From assembly GCA_016839705.1 (NCBI GenBank), contig JAEOTR010000023.1:33144-97143 (forward strand): a DNA stretch of 64,000 nucleotides, written 5' to 3'. A program made the translations under genes and the position numbers. This document shows positions 30,968 through 40,062 of the stretch, piece after piece; within the stretch, counting starts at the first letter, position 1; every line of letters starts with the position of its first letter. The notes under the pieces are model-generated. The model was not told where the DNA came from and did no database searches. It worked only from the letters and a program-made list of their open reading frames with translations. Source of the stretch: Promethearchaeota archaeon (GTDB lineage Archaea; Asgardarchaeota; Lokiarchaeia; Sigyniarchaeales; SOKP01).

Positions 30968-31483
30968 CTATATTTTTTTTTTAATTTCTTCAATACTTTC
31001 TATGATTTTTTGAAACCTTTCTTTTAACCTTGAAATATCTTGAGAAATCCGTAATTTCTGAATTTCTAAAAATTCTAATTTTTCTTTATCAGATTTTTCA
31101 TCTAATCTATCTAAAATGAGATTAAAAGGTCCAAGTTTATGAAATCCTTTAGGAATTACCCCTTTTTCATCACCAAGCATAGCTGTTTTTAAAGTCTCAA
31201 TTGATTCGGCAATAACATTTTGTTTTTCGAGCATGAGTTTAAGAGTTGCTTCACCTTTCGGAGTAACATCGTAAATTTTCCTGTTTCGCCCTTCTACTTG
31301 CTTCTCTGTATAGGATATTAGACCTTTTTCGGTCATACCTTTTAACACGGTATAGATTGTTGAGGATGGGGGATCCCATATTCCTAAGGTACGTTTTTCA
31401 ATCTCTTTGCCAATCTTATATCCATATGAAGGATCTTTTTCAAGAATTATTAAAATTAGGGCACTAATGAAACCAGTTTTCAT
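30968..31483 (-). CDS. PadR-family transcriptional regulator
   Basis: YGYKI, IYTVLKGM, RKIYDVTPKG; the frame stays open upstream to an ATC/ATA after a GGGGA SD. Confidence 0.9.
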   Translation of the reverse strand: MKTGFISALILIILEKDPSYGYKIGKEIEKRTLGIWDPPSSTIYTVLKGMTEKGLISYTEKQVEGRNRKIYDVTPKGEATLKLMLEKQNVIAESIETLKTAMLGDEKGVIPKGFHKLGPFNLILDRLDEKSDKEKLEFLEIQKLRISQDISRLKERFQKIIESIEEIKKKI

Positions 31484-31553
31484 TGCATTTTCAAATTTCT
31501 CAGCAATTTTCTCTGCGATAGCTATTCCCCTAATTTTCAGAATATCTCACTAA

Positions 31554-31567
31554 TTGATATATATCAA
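31554..31567. promoter_or_regulatory. Putative PadR operator
   Basis: Perfect palindrome TTGATATATATCAA just upstream of the padR-ABC operon. Confidence 0.5.
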
Positions 31568-31720
31568 AGATACAATTTTAAAAAACTTTTTTATTTTAAA
31601 ATAGAAGCATAAAAGTATGATATAAAAGCTTCTTATAGTCTTAATATTGTACAATTTTTTATCCTCACAATCTTCAAAATAAAGAAATTTTTTTAAAGAT
31701 AATTAACGAACAAAATTATT

Positions 31721-32470
31721 GTGAACCTTAGTTCTGTTTATTCTGAGATAAAACGACTCCTGTCAATCTCTAATGAAAACTTCGATTTAGAAAAAGTCAT
31801 TAATTTCTGCCTTAAGACTGAGTCGGCGGACAATAAACTTGAAATCTTGGGTGATATTTTGAATTTCGTTAACAAATTTTCAATGTTTCAAGATATTGAA
31901 CCTTTTATGAATTCCCTCTACACATGTATAAAGAACTCCCTTGAAATCAAGCCTGAATCTATTTATGATTTTGAGGAATTTTTAGTAAAAAATGCAATAA
32001 TCCATTTCGTTCAGGAGCATATTAAATATTCAAAATTCACTCAAAAAGATCAAGTTTTAAACTTTTTAGCAGATTCATTAGAAAAGCTTGAAACCCAACC
32101 CCTAATCATGAACCTTGGATTGTTAATTAAACCCATGTATCAGGATCAGAAATATCTTAATGAATTATCCACTGCTGAAGAAGTGGAAGTGGATTATAGT
32201 CTGATCAACGATGTTGATATAGAAATAAAAAGTGAAATAGATAATTGGCTTAAATTTCAGGAAATTAACTTGGATGATCAAGAACAACTCAGTTTAAGAT
32301 TACTTGGAGAGTTAGATAAACTTTTTTTTCAATATAATATACCTCAAAATTCCGAAAAAGCAAATAATTTAAGGATGGAGGCGTTGGAAATGCTTACTAT
32401 GAAATTAACAATGCTAAGCTTAATGGATCAGTTTTCTGATGATTCAGTTGAGCCAATTCCTATTAAATGA
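31721..32470 (+). CDS. Hypothetical acidic helical protein
   Basis: 249-aa ORF; no recognised motif. Confidence 0.7.
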   Translation: MNLSSVYSEIKRLLSISNENFDLEKVINFCLKTESADNKLEILGDILNFVNKFSMFQDIEPFMNSLYTCIKNSLEIKPESIYDFEEFLVKNAIIHFVQEHIKYSKFTQKDQVLNFLADSLEKLETQPLIMNLGLLIKPMYQDQKYLNELSTAEEVEVDYSLINDVDIEIKSEIDNWLKFQEINLDDQEQLSLRLLGELDKLFFQYNIPQNSEKANNLRMEALEMLTMKLTMLSLMDQFSDDSVEPIPIK

Positions 32471-32604
32471 TGGATAAAAGATTATAAAATCGGTACTTAT
32501 TTAAATTTTTAATAAAAATCCAAAACTTTATTCAATCTTAAATCTAAAAAGAAATAAATATTAATTTTACTATTATTTTAGAAATGGTTTCATGACTTTG
32601 AGAA

Positions 32605-33972
32605 GTGAAAAGAATGGGTGAAAATGAAAAACCTCCAACTAAGGATGAGATTGAAGAACATAAAAAACTTGTAAATGAATTATACAAAAAAGAAAAAGAA
32701 GAGAGAATGGCTTTTTTAAAAAGCATTGAAGAAGAAAGAAAGAAGTCTTTTGAGGAGGGCAAAGATCACATTTCGGATTTAATCGATGAAAAAGCGTTTA
32801 TGATTGATCGCCAAAAAGAAACTATTGCTCAATTGAAAGAATTAAAACCAGATATTGCTGGAACGGCAGAGAAAATAGAACCATCAATTGAAGAGAAAGC
32901 ATTTTTTGTAGATCGTCAGAAAGAAAGTTTTTCTCAATTAAAAGAATTAAAACCAGATATTACTGGAACGGGAGAAAAAATTAAACCATCCATTGGAGAG
33001 AAAGCATTTCGAATTGAAAAACAGCGTGAATTAGATGAACAACGCGTAGGGCTTCATCCAGACTTAAAAGGTGTTGGAGATAAAATTCAGAACTCTATAG
33101 GTGAGAAAGCATTTCGAATTGAAAAACAGCGTGAATTAGATGAACAACGCGTAGGGCTTCATCCAGATCTAAGAGGAACTGGTGAGAAAATTGAGAGTTC
33201 TATAGGTGAGAAAGCGTTTCGAATTGAAAAGCAACGTGAATTAGATGAACAACGTTCTGGGATACATCCCGATTTAAGAGGTAAAGGAAAGAAAATTGAG
33301 AGTTTTATAGGTGAGAAAGCGTTTCGAATTGAAAAACGACGTGAATTAGATGAACAACGTGCGGGACTTCATTTAGATATAAGAAGTAAGGGGGAGAAAA
33401 TTGAGCGTTCAATTAGTGAAAAGGCTTTTCTTGCTGAAAAACAACGTGATTTAGATGAGCAACGTGCAGGACTTCATCCTGATCTTAAAGGCGTAGCTGA
33501 AAAAATTGAGGGTTCAATTGGAGAGAAAGCGTACCTTTTTGAAAAACGACGTGAAGCTGATAAGCAACGTGCTGGAATTCATCCTGATCTTAAAAGCGTG
33601 GCCGAAAAAATTGAGGGCTCAATTGGTGAGAAAGCATTTCGAATTGAAAAACAACGTGAAATAGATGAGCAACGTGCTGGAATTCATCCTGATCTTAAAA
33701 GCGTAGCTGAAAAAATTGAGGGCTCGATTGGTGAGAAAGCGTTTCGAATTGAAAAGCAACGTGAAATAGATGAGCAACGTGCTGGAATTCATCCTGATCT
33801 TAAAAGTGTAGGGGAAAAAATAATTGGAACAGTCGAAAAACAAGCACATCAAATTGAAGAACAAAAGGAGATTAATGACCACCGAATTGGAATAAAAAAG
33901 GAAGCAAAAAGTATTGTAGAAAAATTCGAATCTGACGTTAATAAGCTTAAAAAAGATGAAAACGAAAGCTAA
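32605..33972 (+). CDS. Tandem 35-aa repeat protein
   Basis: About 11 repeats with consensus IGEKAFRIEKQRELDEQRAGLHPDLKGVGEKIEGS. Confidence 0.85.
   Translation: MKRMGENEKPPTKDEIEEHKKLVNELYKKEKEERMAFLKSIEEERKKSFEEGKDHISDLIDEKAFMIDRQKETIAQLKELKPDIAGTAEKIEPSIEEKAFFVDRQKESFSQLKELKPDITGTGEKIKPSIGEKAFRIEKQRELDEQRVGLHPDLKGVGDKIQNSIGEKAFRIEKQRELDEQRVGLHPDLRGTGEKIESSIGEKAFRIEKQRELDEQRSGIHPDLRGKGKKIESFIGEKAFRIEKRRELDEQRAGLHLDIRSKGEKIERSISEKAFLAEKQRDLDEQRAGLHPDLKGVAEKIEGSIGEKAYLFEKRREADKQRAGIHPDLKSVAEKIEGSIGEKAFRIEKQREIDEQRAGIHPDLKSVAEKIEGSIGEKAFRIEKQREIDEQRAGIHPDLKSVGEKIIGTVEKQAHQIEEQKEINDHRIGIKKEAKSIVEKFESDVNKLKKDENES
32782..33936 (+). repeat. 105-bp coding tandem repeat, about 11 units
   Basis: GAGAAAGC(A/G)TTTCGAATTGAAAA recurs at a 105-nt period; covers residues 60-444. 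Confidence 0.9.
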
Positions 33973-33988
33973 GTTTAACCTCTAAGAT

Positions 33989-34477
33989 TTAAAATCTTGA
34001 ATTGAATTTGAACATACTATTCAAGTTCATGCATTCAAGTCTTTTTTTATAATCAATAAATGCAGAACAAATAGCACCATTAAAAGTGTTAATTTTCTGC
34101 TTAAAGCGTAAATAAAAATCTTCTAATATTTCCCTAACAATCCCACGTTCTATTTGGATATCATTTTTCTTCGTAACTGCTATAACCAGAAGTCTCCCCT
34201 CTCTTTCATATAAAATCCTTGTATCTTTAAAGTTGATTTCTTGAAGTTCTTCATTTCCACCTTCCTTTAATTCATTGATGAAAAGATTGATTGCGTTTAA
34301 GAAGCTACAAATTAGGTCATCCCTTAAAAAGCTCAAATTATTTGAAAATCTATTACTTACAAGCAAGGATCCCGTTTCATAATCTAAAAAATAAATCGCA
34401 TGAAAAAAACTTTCTTGAGAATTAATTTTTTGTAAATCAAACCCATAATCCCCATTGGTATTTTTATAGAAAGACAT
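33989..34477 (-). CDS. Longin-like domain protein
   Basis: AIYFLD..GSLLVS...DLICSFLNAINLFINEL...EINF...ILYE...LVIAV pattern typical of Asgard longin-fold proteins. Confidence 0.65.
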   Translation of the reverse strand: MSFYKNTNGDYGFDLQKINSQESFFHAIYFLDYETGSLLVSNRFSNNLSFLRDDLICSFLNAINLFINELKEGGNEELQEINFKDTRILYEREGRLLVIAVTKKNDIQIERGIVREILEDFYLRFKQKINTFNGAICSAFIDYKKRLECMNLNSMFKFNSRF

Positions 34478-34668
34478 TTTATTACCCTAAAACAAAAATA
34501 TTCATTTTATAGTATTTTCTAAAAAGATAGTATCAATTTACCTAAAACTGATTTAAATATAAAATACAAATAATATCTTAGTATTACATTAAGAATCTGA
34601 AAAAAGTAATAAATAATAAAAATTTATATAGTTTCATTAAACTATTACCATTAATTACCCTAAAGTTT

Positions 34669-35136
34669 TTGATTATTATGGAAACTGACAATGGAGCTCA
34701 AAAAAATAAAATTTCTGTAGGACAAATTATACCTAACAATGAATTAAACAATAATCCTATCTTTCCTGCTGAAATAAAAGAGGAAATTTTAAATTCCCCC
34801 TATTATTTGCTTATCTTCATTTCAAGAGAAGATGTTGTTAAAATCAGTTGTTTTCCCACAAAGAATAACAATATAAAAAAAATTCTAATAAAATTAAAGG
34901 AATTTTCACCTGATCTTGTGAAAGGGATATCTAATGTGCTAAATGATCTGAATTTAAGCAAAGAAATCTTACATACAACCGGATTATGCTATGAGATGGA
35001 GCGTTGCTTTTACGAGACTTATTTAATAGGAGACATTATTGACTCTGGAGAATTAACAGTTGATGGTTTGAAAGACAAATTTATGGCTGTAGCCAACGTA
35101 ATGGATGTTCGAGTAGAATCTGTACCTTCTTTATAA
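34669..35136 (+). CDS. Conserved hypothetical protein (possible ACT-like C-terminus)
   Basis: 155-aa ORF, ILHTTGLC...CFYETY; its 3' end is duplicated downstream. Confidence 0.75.
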   Translation: MIIMETDNGAQKNKISVGQIIPNNELNNNPIFPAEIKEEILNSPYYLLIFISREDVVKISCFPTKNNNIKKILIKLKEFSPDLVKGISNVLNDLNLSKEILHTTGLCYEMERCFYETYLIGDIIDSGELTVDGLKDKFMAVANVMDVRVESVPSL

Positions 35137-35243
35137 CTTTAAAACTTCTTTTTATTAACATTTTATTTTTGATGGGAATCATTAAAGTTAAAAGACATCT
35201 AAATATTTTCTCTATTGATTTGGACGCCAAGCTTCCAACCTGA

Positions 35244-35384
35244 GAAAAATGCTTTTACGAGACTTATTTAATAGGAGATATTATTGACTCTGGGGAATTA
35301 TCTGTTGATAACATTCAAGAAAAATTTATGGCTGTAGCAAACGTTCTAGATGTTCATATCGAAGCAGTACCCTCAATATCATAA
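35244..35384 (+). pseudogene. Start-less diverged duplicate of the 3' end of the 34669-35136 gene
   Basis: EKCFYETYLIGDIIDSGELSVDNIQEKFMAVANVLDVHIEAVPSIS* versus ERCFYETYLIGDIIDSGELTVDGLKDKFMAVANVMDVRVESVPSL*; in-frame TGA at 35241. Confidence 0.85.
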
Positions 35385-35481
35385 TCCTAAGGTTTACTTA
35401 ATAAACAATTTATTTTTTCTTAAAATTTTATAAAGATTCACTTCTCCTAAAAACAAGTAGAATTAATTAAAATTACTTTTT

Positions 35482-35880
35482 CTATTGCTCTACTCGTTTA
35501 ATTGCTGAAATTGATCTCCAACCTGTCCAAAAAATTAGCATAATTATTGAAAAAATAAATAGTGCAGTGGCGAATGTATACCATCCAACAAATAGATATC
35601 CATGTGCAGGATTATGAAATGCAAAGGGGATACCAGCAATTGCAAAACCTCCCATGTAGCCATAACCCCAGTATCTATCTTTTAATCCAATAATGACACC
35701 AGGGATAATCGTAGTAAATATTACAGTTAAGTATGACCAGATTTGCATAGAATTAAGAATAACTAACATATTCACCCATGAAGCAATAAAACCTACAGCA
35801 ATCCAAATGATAGTTCCTATGCCAAACTTAAATTCTGGCTCCGGTCTTCCCACAGTCTGGTCCTTCTTGTCACTTGACAT
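35482..35880 (-). CDS. Small 4-TM membrane protein
   Basis: Hydrophobic, Gly/aromatic-rich 132-aa ORF. Confidence 0.75.
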   Translation of the reverse strand: MSSDKKDQTVGRPEPEFKFGIGTIIWIAVGFIASWVNMLVILNSMQIWSYLTVIFTTIIPGVIIGLKDRYWGYGYMGGFAIAGIPFAFHNPAHGYLFVGWYTFATALFIFSIIMLIFWTGWRSISAIKRVEQ

Positions 35881-36174
35881 AGAGTGCTTCAGATTCCTAT
35901 ATTTTAATACTAAAATAATTAATTATATAATTTTAACACTGAAAAAATTAATTGTTTTAAATAAATGATTGTTATAGAGTTATGTCTTAGAATTCCCATT
36001 TCTTTTAGTAGCTCTTTAATTATATAACTAATCCTTTTTTAAAATAAGATATTATAATGTTATTAGAATTAATTTATAAGGTTCTACTCATTTAATATCA
36101 TTAGGATGAAAATTTGTTACAATGTTTAAAATACATTAACAAATTATGAATTAAAATAATTAAAATAAAACCAT

Positions 36175-36290
36175 GCCTCCTGCCTACACCCTGGATTTTT
36201 GTCTTTTGGTAGTGTAAATTTTTACACTCTGATTTCGCCCTCCTCCCCCTATTGTATTTTTGACGCATATTGCGTCCGTTGGCAGGAGGC
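36175..36290. ncRNA. Unannotated structured RNA candidate
   Basis: GC-rich island with terminal stem GCCTCCTGCC/GGCAGGAGGC and internal hairpins AGTGTAAA/TTTACACT and GACGCA/TGCGTC. Confidence 0.5.
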
Positions 36291-36608
36291 TCTCTTTTAT
36301 TTGTTAACTCTTCTTAACCGATTTAATCTCTCCCTTTAGAATTTGAAGGTAATCCACTCTTTATGATGTAATCTTCCCAAAGATTATACATTTATGTATA
36401 AAGCATTAAAATCTGCCACATATCTGGATTACACACGAAAAATGGACGCTAAATTTTCAATATTATTAAAAATTTTACGGTTTTTTAATAATACCGATAC
36501 GAATATAGATATTATTAAAATATTTAAATCATTTCAATGTTTATTAAAATACTAATTTAATTAAAACATACTTTTTTTAATTAAAATATAAAACATGTAT
36601 TGATTATT

Positions 36609-38339
36609 ATGACTGAAGGAATTACTCAAACTTCGAAAGAGGATGTAGAAATCATCCGAACGACTATAAGTATCTGTCCTGAGTGTACAAAACACCTCGA
36701 AGCTGACATTTACGTAGATCCTGAAACTAATTGGGTTATGATGCGAAAAACTTGCGAAGATCACGGAGAATTCAAAGATAAACTATCAATCAATCCCGAA
36801 GAATATAAATGGCAACAGAATATTACAGACGAAATTGGTTCAACTGTAAATAATTCTACTCAACCTGAATATGTATCCTCTGGAATTAAAGAAATAAATA
36901 AGGGGTGTCCATATGACTGCGGACTTTGTTCCAATCATAAAAGTGCACCAAATATTTGTTTAATTGATATAACTAATCGATGTAATCTCACTTGTCCAAT
37001 CTGCTTCGCAAATGCCTCAGCAAAGGGCTATGTAGTAGAGCCTACATTCGAAGAACTCGTTCGAATTATGGAACATTTCAGATCTATGAAACCTATTCCC
37101 GCGGTTTTACTCCAGTTATCTGGAGGTGAACCTACCGTTAGAGATGATCTCCCAGAAATTATTCGAAAAGGACATGAATTGGGTTTTACCGAAATCCTTG
37201 TAACCACCAACGGTGTTCGATTTGGGAAATCACCAGAATTTATGAAAAAATGCGTAGATGCTGGAATGGATGCGGTATACCTGCAATTTGATGCTACTGA
37301 TGACCCTGAAGTATGGAAAAAGATCAGAGGAGTTAACTTATGGCCTCTGAAAAAGAAAGTTTTTGAAAATGCTCGTAAAATTGGATTTTATGGCATTATG
37401 TTAGTCCCAGTTATCGCTAAAGGAATAAATGATCATGAAATTGGGAACATTTTAAATTTTGCTAAAGATAATTGTGATGTCGTATCAGGTGTTATCTTCC
37501 AACCAGTTTCATTAACTGGACGTATTAGCTTCGAAGAGTTAATGGATATTAGATATACTACTTCTGATTTAAAAGAGGCAATTAATAAGTATACTAATGG
37601 TTCAGTAACCAAGTTTTACCCTATTGCATTCACAGCGAAGTTTACAAAACTGCTAGCTTGGTTTGACGAGATGCCACCCTTCAGTATGACGTCGCACGCA
37701 GACTGTGGATTTGCCACGATATGTGTAATCAACGATAAGGAGGAATGGGAGCCTATCGAAAACTTTTTTGACGCTGAAGGATTGATTCGATGGTCTAATC
37801 AAGTGTGGGATATGGTTGAAAAGCAAGAAATCCCTAAACCTACTGGATTACTAAAGGGTGTGGAGCTAGCGGACTTTGGACAGTTTGCTTCCAAAATTGG
37901 AAACTTTATTGATGATATGACCAGCCTGGGATACCGACAAATTATGAAAGCATATTACTTTGCGGGAGCAGCACGATTTATTAAAAGTCCACAAAAAATT
38001 CTTACAAGTAAAACGTATCAAGCATTTGCTCGTTTGGTAATGGCCCCAAACTTAAAATCTGCAGGGAAATTCTTTAATGACCGTAATCTAATGATATCAA
38101 GCATGCACTTCCAAGACTCTTACAATTTTGATCTTGAAAGGGTGTGCCGGTGCCTCGTCCATTACGGAGTCATCGATCCGGACGATTCTACAAAAGTCAG
38201 AGAGGTCCCATTCTGTGCGATGAACACGCTCCATAGACCAGTCATAGAAAGGCAACTCGCGTTAAAGGGTAAAACGGCAAAGAAACCAGAAGTTATTCAA
38301 GCAGAAATTGAGGAACTTCTGAAAACTATCGGGAAATAA
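36609..38339 (+). CDS. tes: Tetraether lipid synthase (GDGT macrocyclase, MJ0619-family radical SAM)
   Basis: TISICPEC...KTCEDHG, GCPYDCGLC..H, TNRCNLTCPICFA, SGGEPT, MHFQDSYNFDLERVCRC, PFCAMN. Confidence 0.88.
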   Translation: MTEGITQTSKEDVEIIRTTISICPECTKHLEADIYVDPETNWVMMRKTCEDHGEFKDKLSINPEEYKWQQNITDEIGSTVNNSTQPEYVSSGIKEINKGCPYDCGLCSNHKSAPNICLIDITNRCNLTCPICFANASAKGYVVEPTFEELVRIMEHFRSMKPIPAVLLQLSGGEPTVRDDLPEIIRKGHELGFTEILVTTNGVRFGKSPEFMKKCVDAGMDAVYLQFDATDDPEVWKKIRGVNLWPLKKKVFENARKIGFYGIMLVPVIAKGINDHEIGNILNFAKDNCDVVSGVIFQPVSLTGRISFEELMDIRYTTSDLKEAINKYTNGSVTKFYPIAFTAKFTKLLAWFDEMPPFSMTSHADCGFATICVINDKEEWEPIENFFDAEGLIRWSNQVWDMVEKQEIPKPTGLLKGVELADFGQFASKIGNFIDDMTSLGYRQIMKAYYFAGAARFIKSPQKILTSKTYQAFARLVMAPNLKSAGKFFNDRNLMISSMHFQDSYNFDLERVCRCLVHYGVIDPDDSTKVREVPFCAMNTLHRPVIERQLALKGKTAKKPEVIQAEIEELLKTIGK

Positions 38340-38404
38340 TTTAAAATTTTTTCTTTTATCTTATTTTTATTATTACTAATTATTTTAAGAGCTAGATCTA
38401 ATTT

Positions 38405-39190
38405 TCAAAAGCTTGAAAGAAATGATATTATCTCATAAGCAACTTTTTTAGGTTGTTCATAAATCATAAAATGTCCTGCATTTTCAATGCTTACTAATCT
38501 TACCCGTTCTTCATTATCTGTTTTTAGAATATGACCATTCTCTGGAACAGCTGCCCGGTCATCGAGACCTTGAATAACCAACATTGGTGTTTGTCCACCA
38601 TTCCACCATTCCATAAGAGGAGTCGCTTGGGAAGCTTTATTATGCGCTTGTTGTGCTTTTGGCCAAGTTTTGCGTCCTCTAAATACCTGAATTACGATAT
38701 CTATATCTGTTGAGGACGAGAAAAGCCAGAATTTGAGTGCTTCTAATCTTTCTTCACCGCTGCTATTTGGATTCCCCAATATTGCAATTTTTTTTAATGT
38801 TTCGGGCTCTGAGGGAACGCGACCTCCTGCAGCTAATAAAATTACCGATTTGACTAATTTTGGATGATCTTCAGCTAAACATCGAGCCACACGATTTCCA
38901 AATGCCCATCCTAATACATGCACAGGATTTTTTCCCAGCATTTGGATCACACCAGCAATATCATTAGCTAGATCATGTAATGTTATGTCCTCAAGCGGAC
39001 CTTTACTTCCAGCAAATCCTCTCCTATTTATCGCAACTGTTTTGTAACCCGCTTTGTTTAGAAGGGGTGTAAAATTATTAAATGCTGAAGCTTCTTGTCC
39101 ACCTGCTGCTAACAAAATAAAGAGTTCACCCGTTCCATTGATAATTGCTTCAATCTGAACGTTTCCCAAATCAAATGTTTCAATACTCAA
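38405..39190 (-). CDS. Alpha/beta hydrolase-fold protein with an atypical nucleophile elbow (GWAFG)
   Basis: NRRGFAGS, GWAFGNRVAR, IQGLDD, AGH. Confidence 0.82.
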   Translation of the reverse strand: MSIETFDLGNVQIEAIINGTGELFILLAAGGQEASAFNNFTPLLNKAGYKTVAINRRGFAGSKGPLEDITLHDLANDIAGVIQMLGKNPVHVLGWAFGNRVARCLAEDHPKLVKSVILLAAGGRVPSEPETLKKIAILGNPNSSGEERLEALKFWLFSSSTDIDIVIQVFRGRKTWPKAQQAHNKASQATPLMEWWNGGQTPMLVIQGLDDRAAVPENGHILKTDNEERVRLVSIENAGHFMIYEQPKKVAYEIISFLSSF

Positions 39191-39196
39191 GCAGGA

Positions 39197-39952
39197 TCAT
39201 CTCTCATTCAAATTTAAGGGTCTTCTTTCACCGGTTTTCCAATTGATTCTAACAAAATTATAGGTGACATTCTCCTTTCTGAACATAACATACTCTTTTT
39301 GATTCCAGAAAACTTTACCCGTAGGCCCTCCTCTAGGTAATGTTGCCATCCATCGAGCAGAAGGATAAACAACCTCAGGATTTTGTCCTTGTGCCATCAT
39401 GCCTGATTTAGTGGGTCCAGGAATCATGCCATTAATTAAAATATCATAATCTATGTTTTCAACTGCAGCGCTTCTTGTAACCGACCATAAAGCAGCTTTT
39501 GAAGAATTATACGGAGACATCCTATTATTTCCCGCTTCAGCAGCTCGAGATACAAGGTTAATTATACGGCCAAAGTTCTGAGCTCTCATAACAGGAATTG
39601 CAGCCCGTATCCCATACACAGGACCAAAAAGATTAACACGAATTACGTTCTCATATTCATCATCTTTGAATTCATGAATATTTCTTATTCTTCCTACTCC
39701 AGCATTATTGAAGAGGACATCAAGACGTCCTGTTTCATCAACAGCTGTTTTCACCATTCCTTTGACTTGAGCAAAATTAGTCACATCCACGATTTTTGTA
39801 ATTGCTCCCCTATCCTCAAGAGGTTTTAAACCGTCAACATTAATGTCTACCGCTACGACTTTGGCTCCATCCTCGAGAAATCCTAAGCTTATTGCATGCC
39901 CAATACCACTTGCGGCACCTGTAATACAAACAGTCATAGATCTTAGTTCCAA
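39197..39952 (-). CDS. Short-chain dehydrogenase/reductase
   Basis: TGAASGIG, NNAG, YNSSK. Confidence 0.93.
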   Translation of the reverse strand: MELRSMTVCITGAASGIGHAISLGFLEDGAKVVAVDINVDGLKPLEDRGAITKIVDVTNFAQVKGMVKTAVDETGRLDVLFNNAGVGRIRNIHEFKDDEYENVIRVNLFGPVYGIRAAIPVMRAQNFGRIINLVSRAAEAGNNRMSPYNSSKAALWSVTRSAAVENIDYDILINGMIPGPTKSGMMAQGQNPEVVYPSARWMATLPRGGPTGKVFWNQKEYVMFRKENVTYNFVRINWKTGERRPLNLNER

Positions 39953-40062
39953 TTAATTCAACCCCCTCTTAAAAATTAGTTTTTGATATTATGTTTACTA
40001 ATCTTGATAATTTAAATCTAAAATAATTTAAAAATAATTTAACACTTTCCCATTTGCTCAGT

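Noticed and set aside
32782-33936. Possible CRISPR array
   Set aside because: Units are 105-nt in-frame coding repeats without unique spacers; no cas genes.
35005-35384. Possible DGR template/variable repeat pair
   Set aside because: Differences are not adenine-specific (C/T, G/T, T/C occur) and there is no reverse transcriptase in the window.
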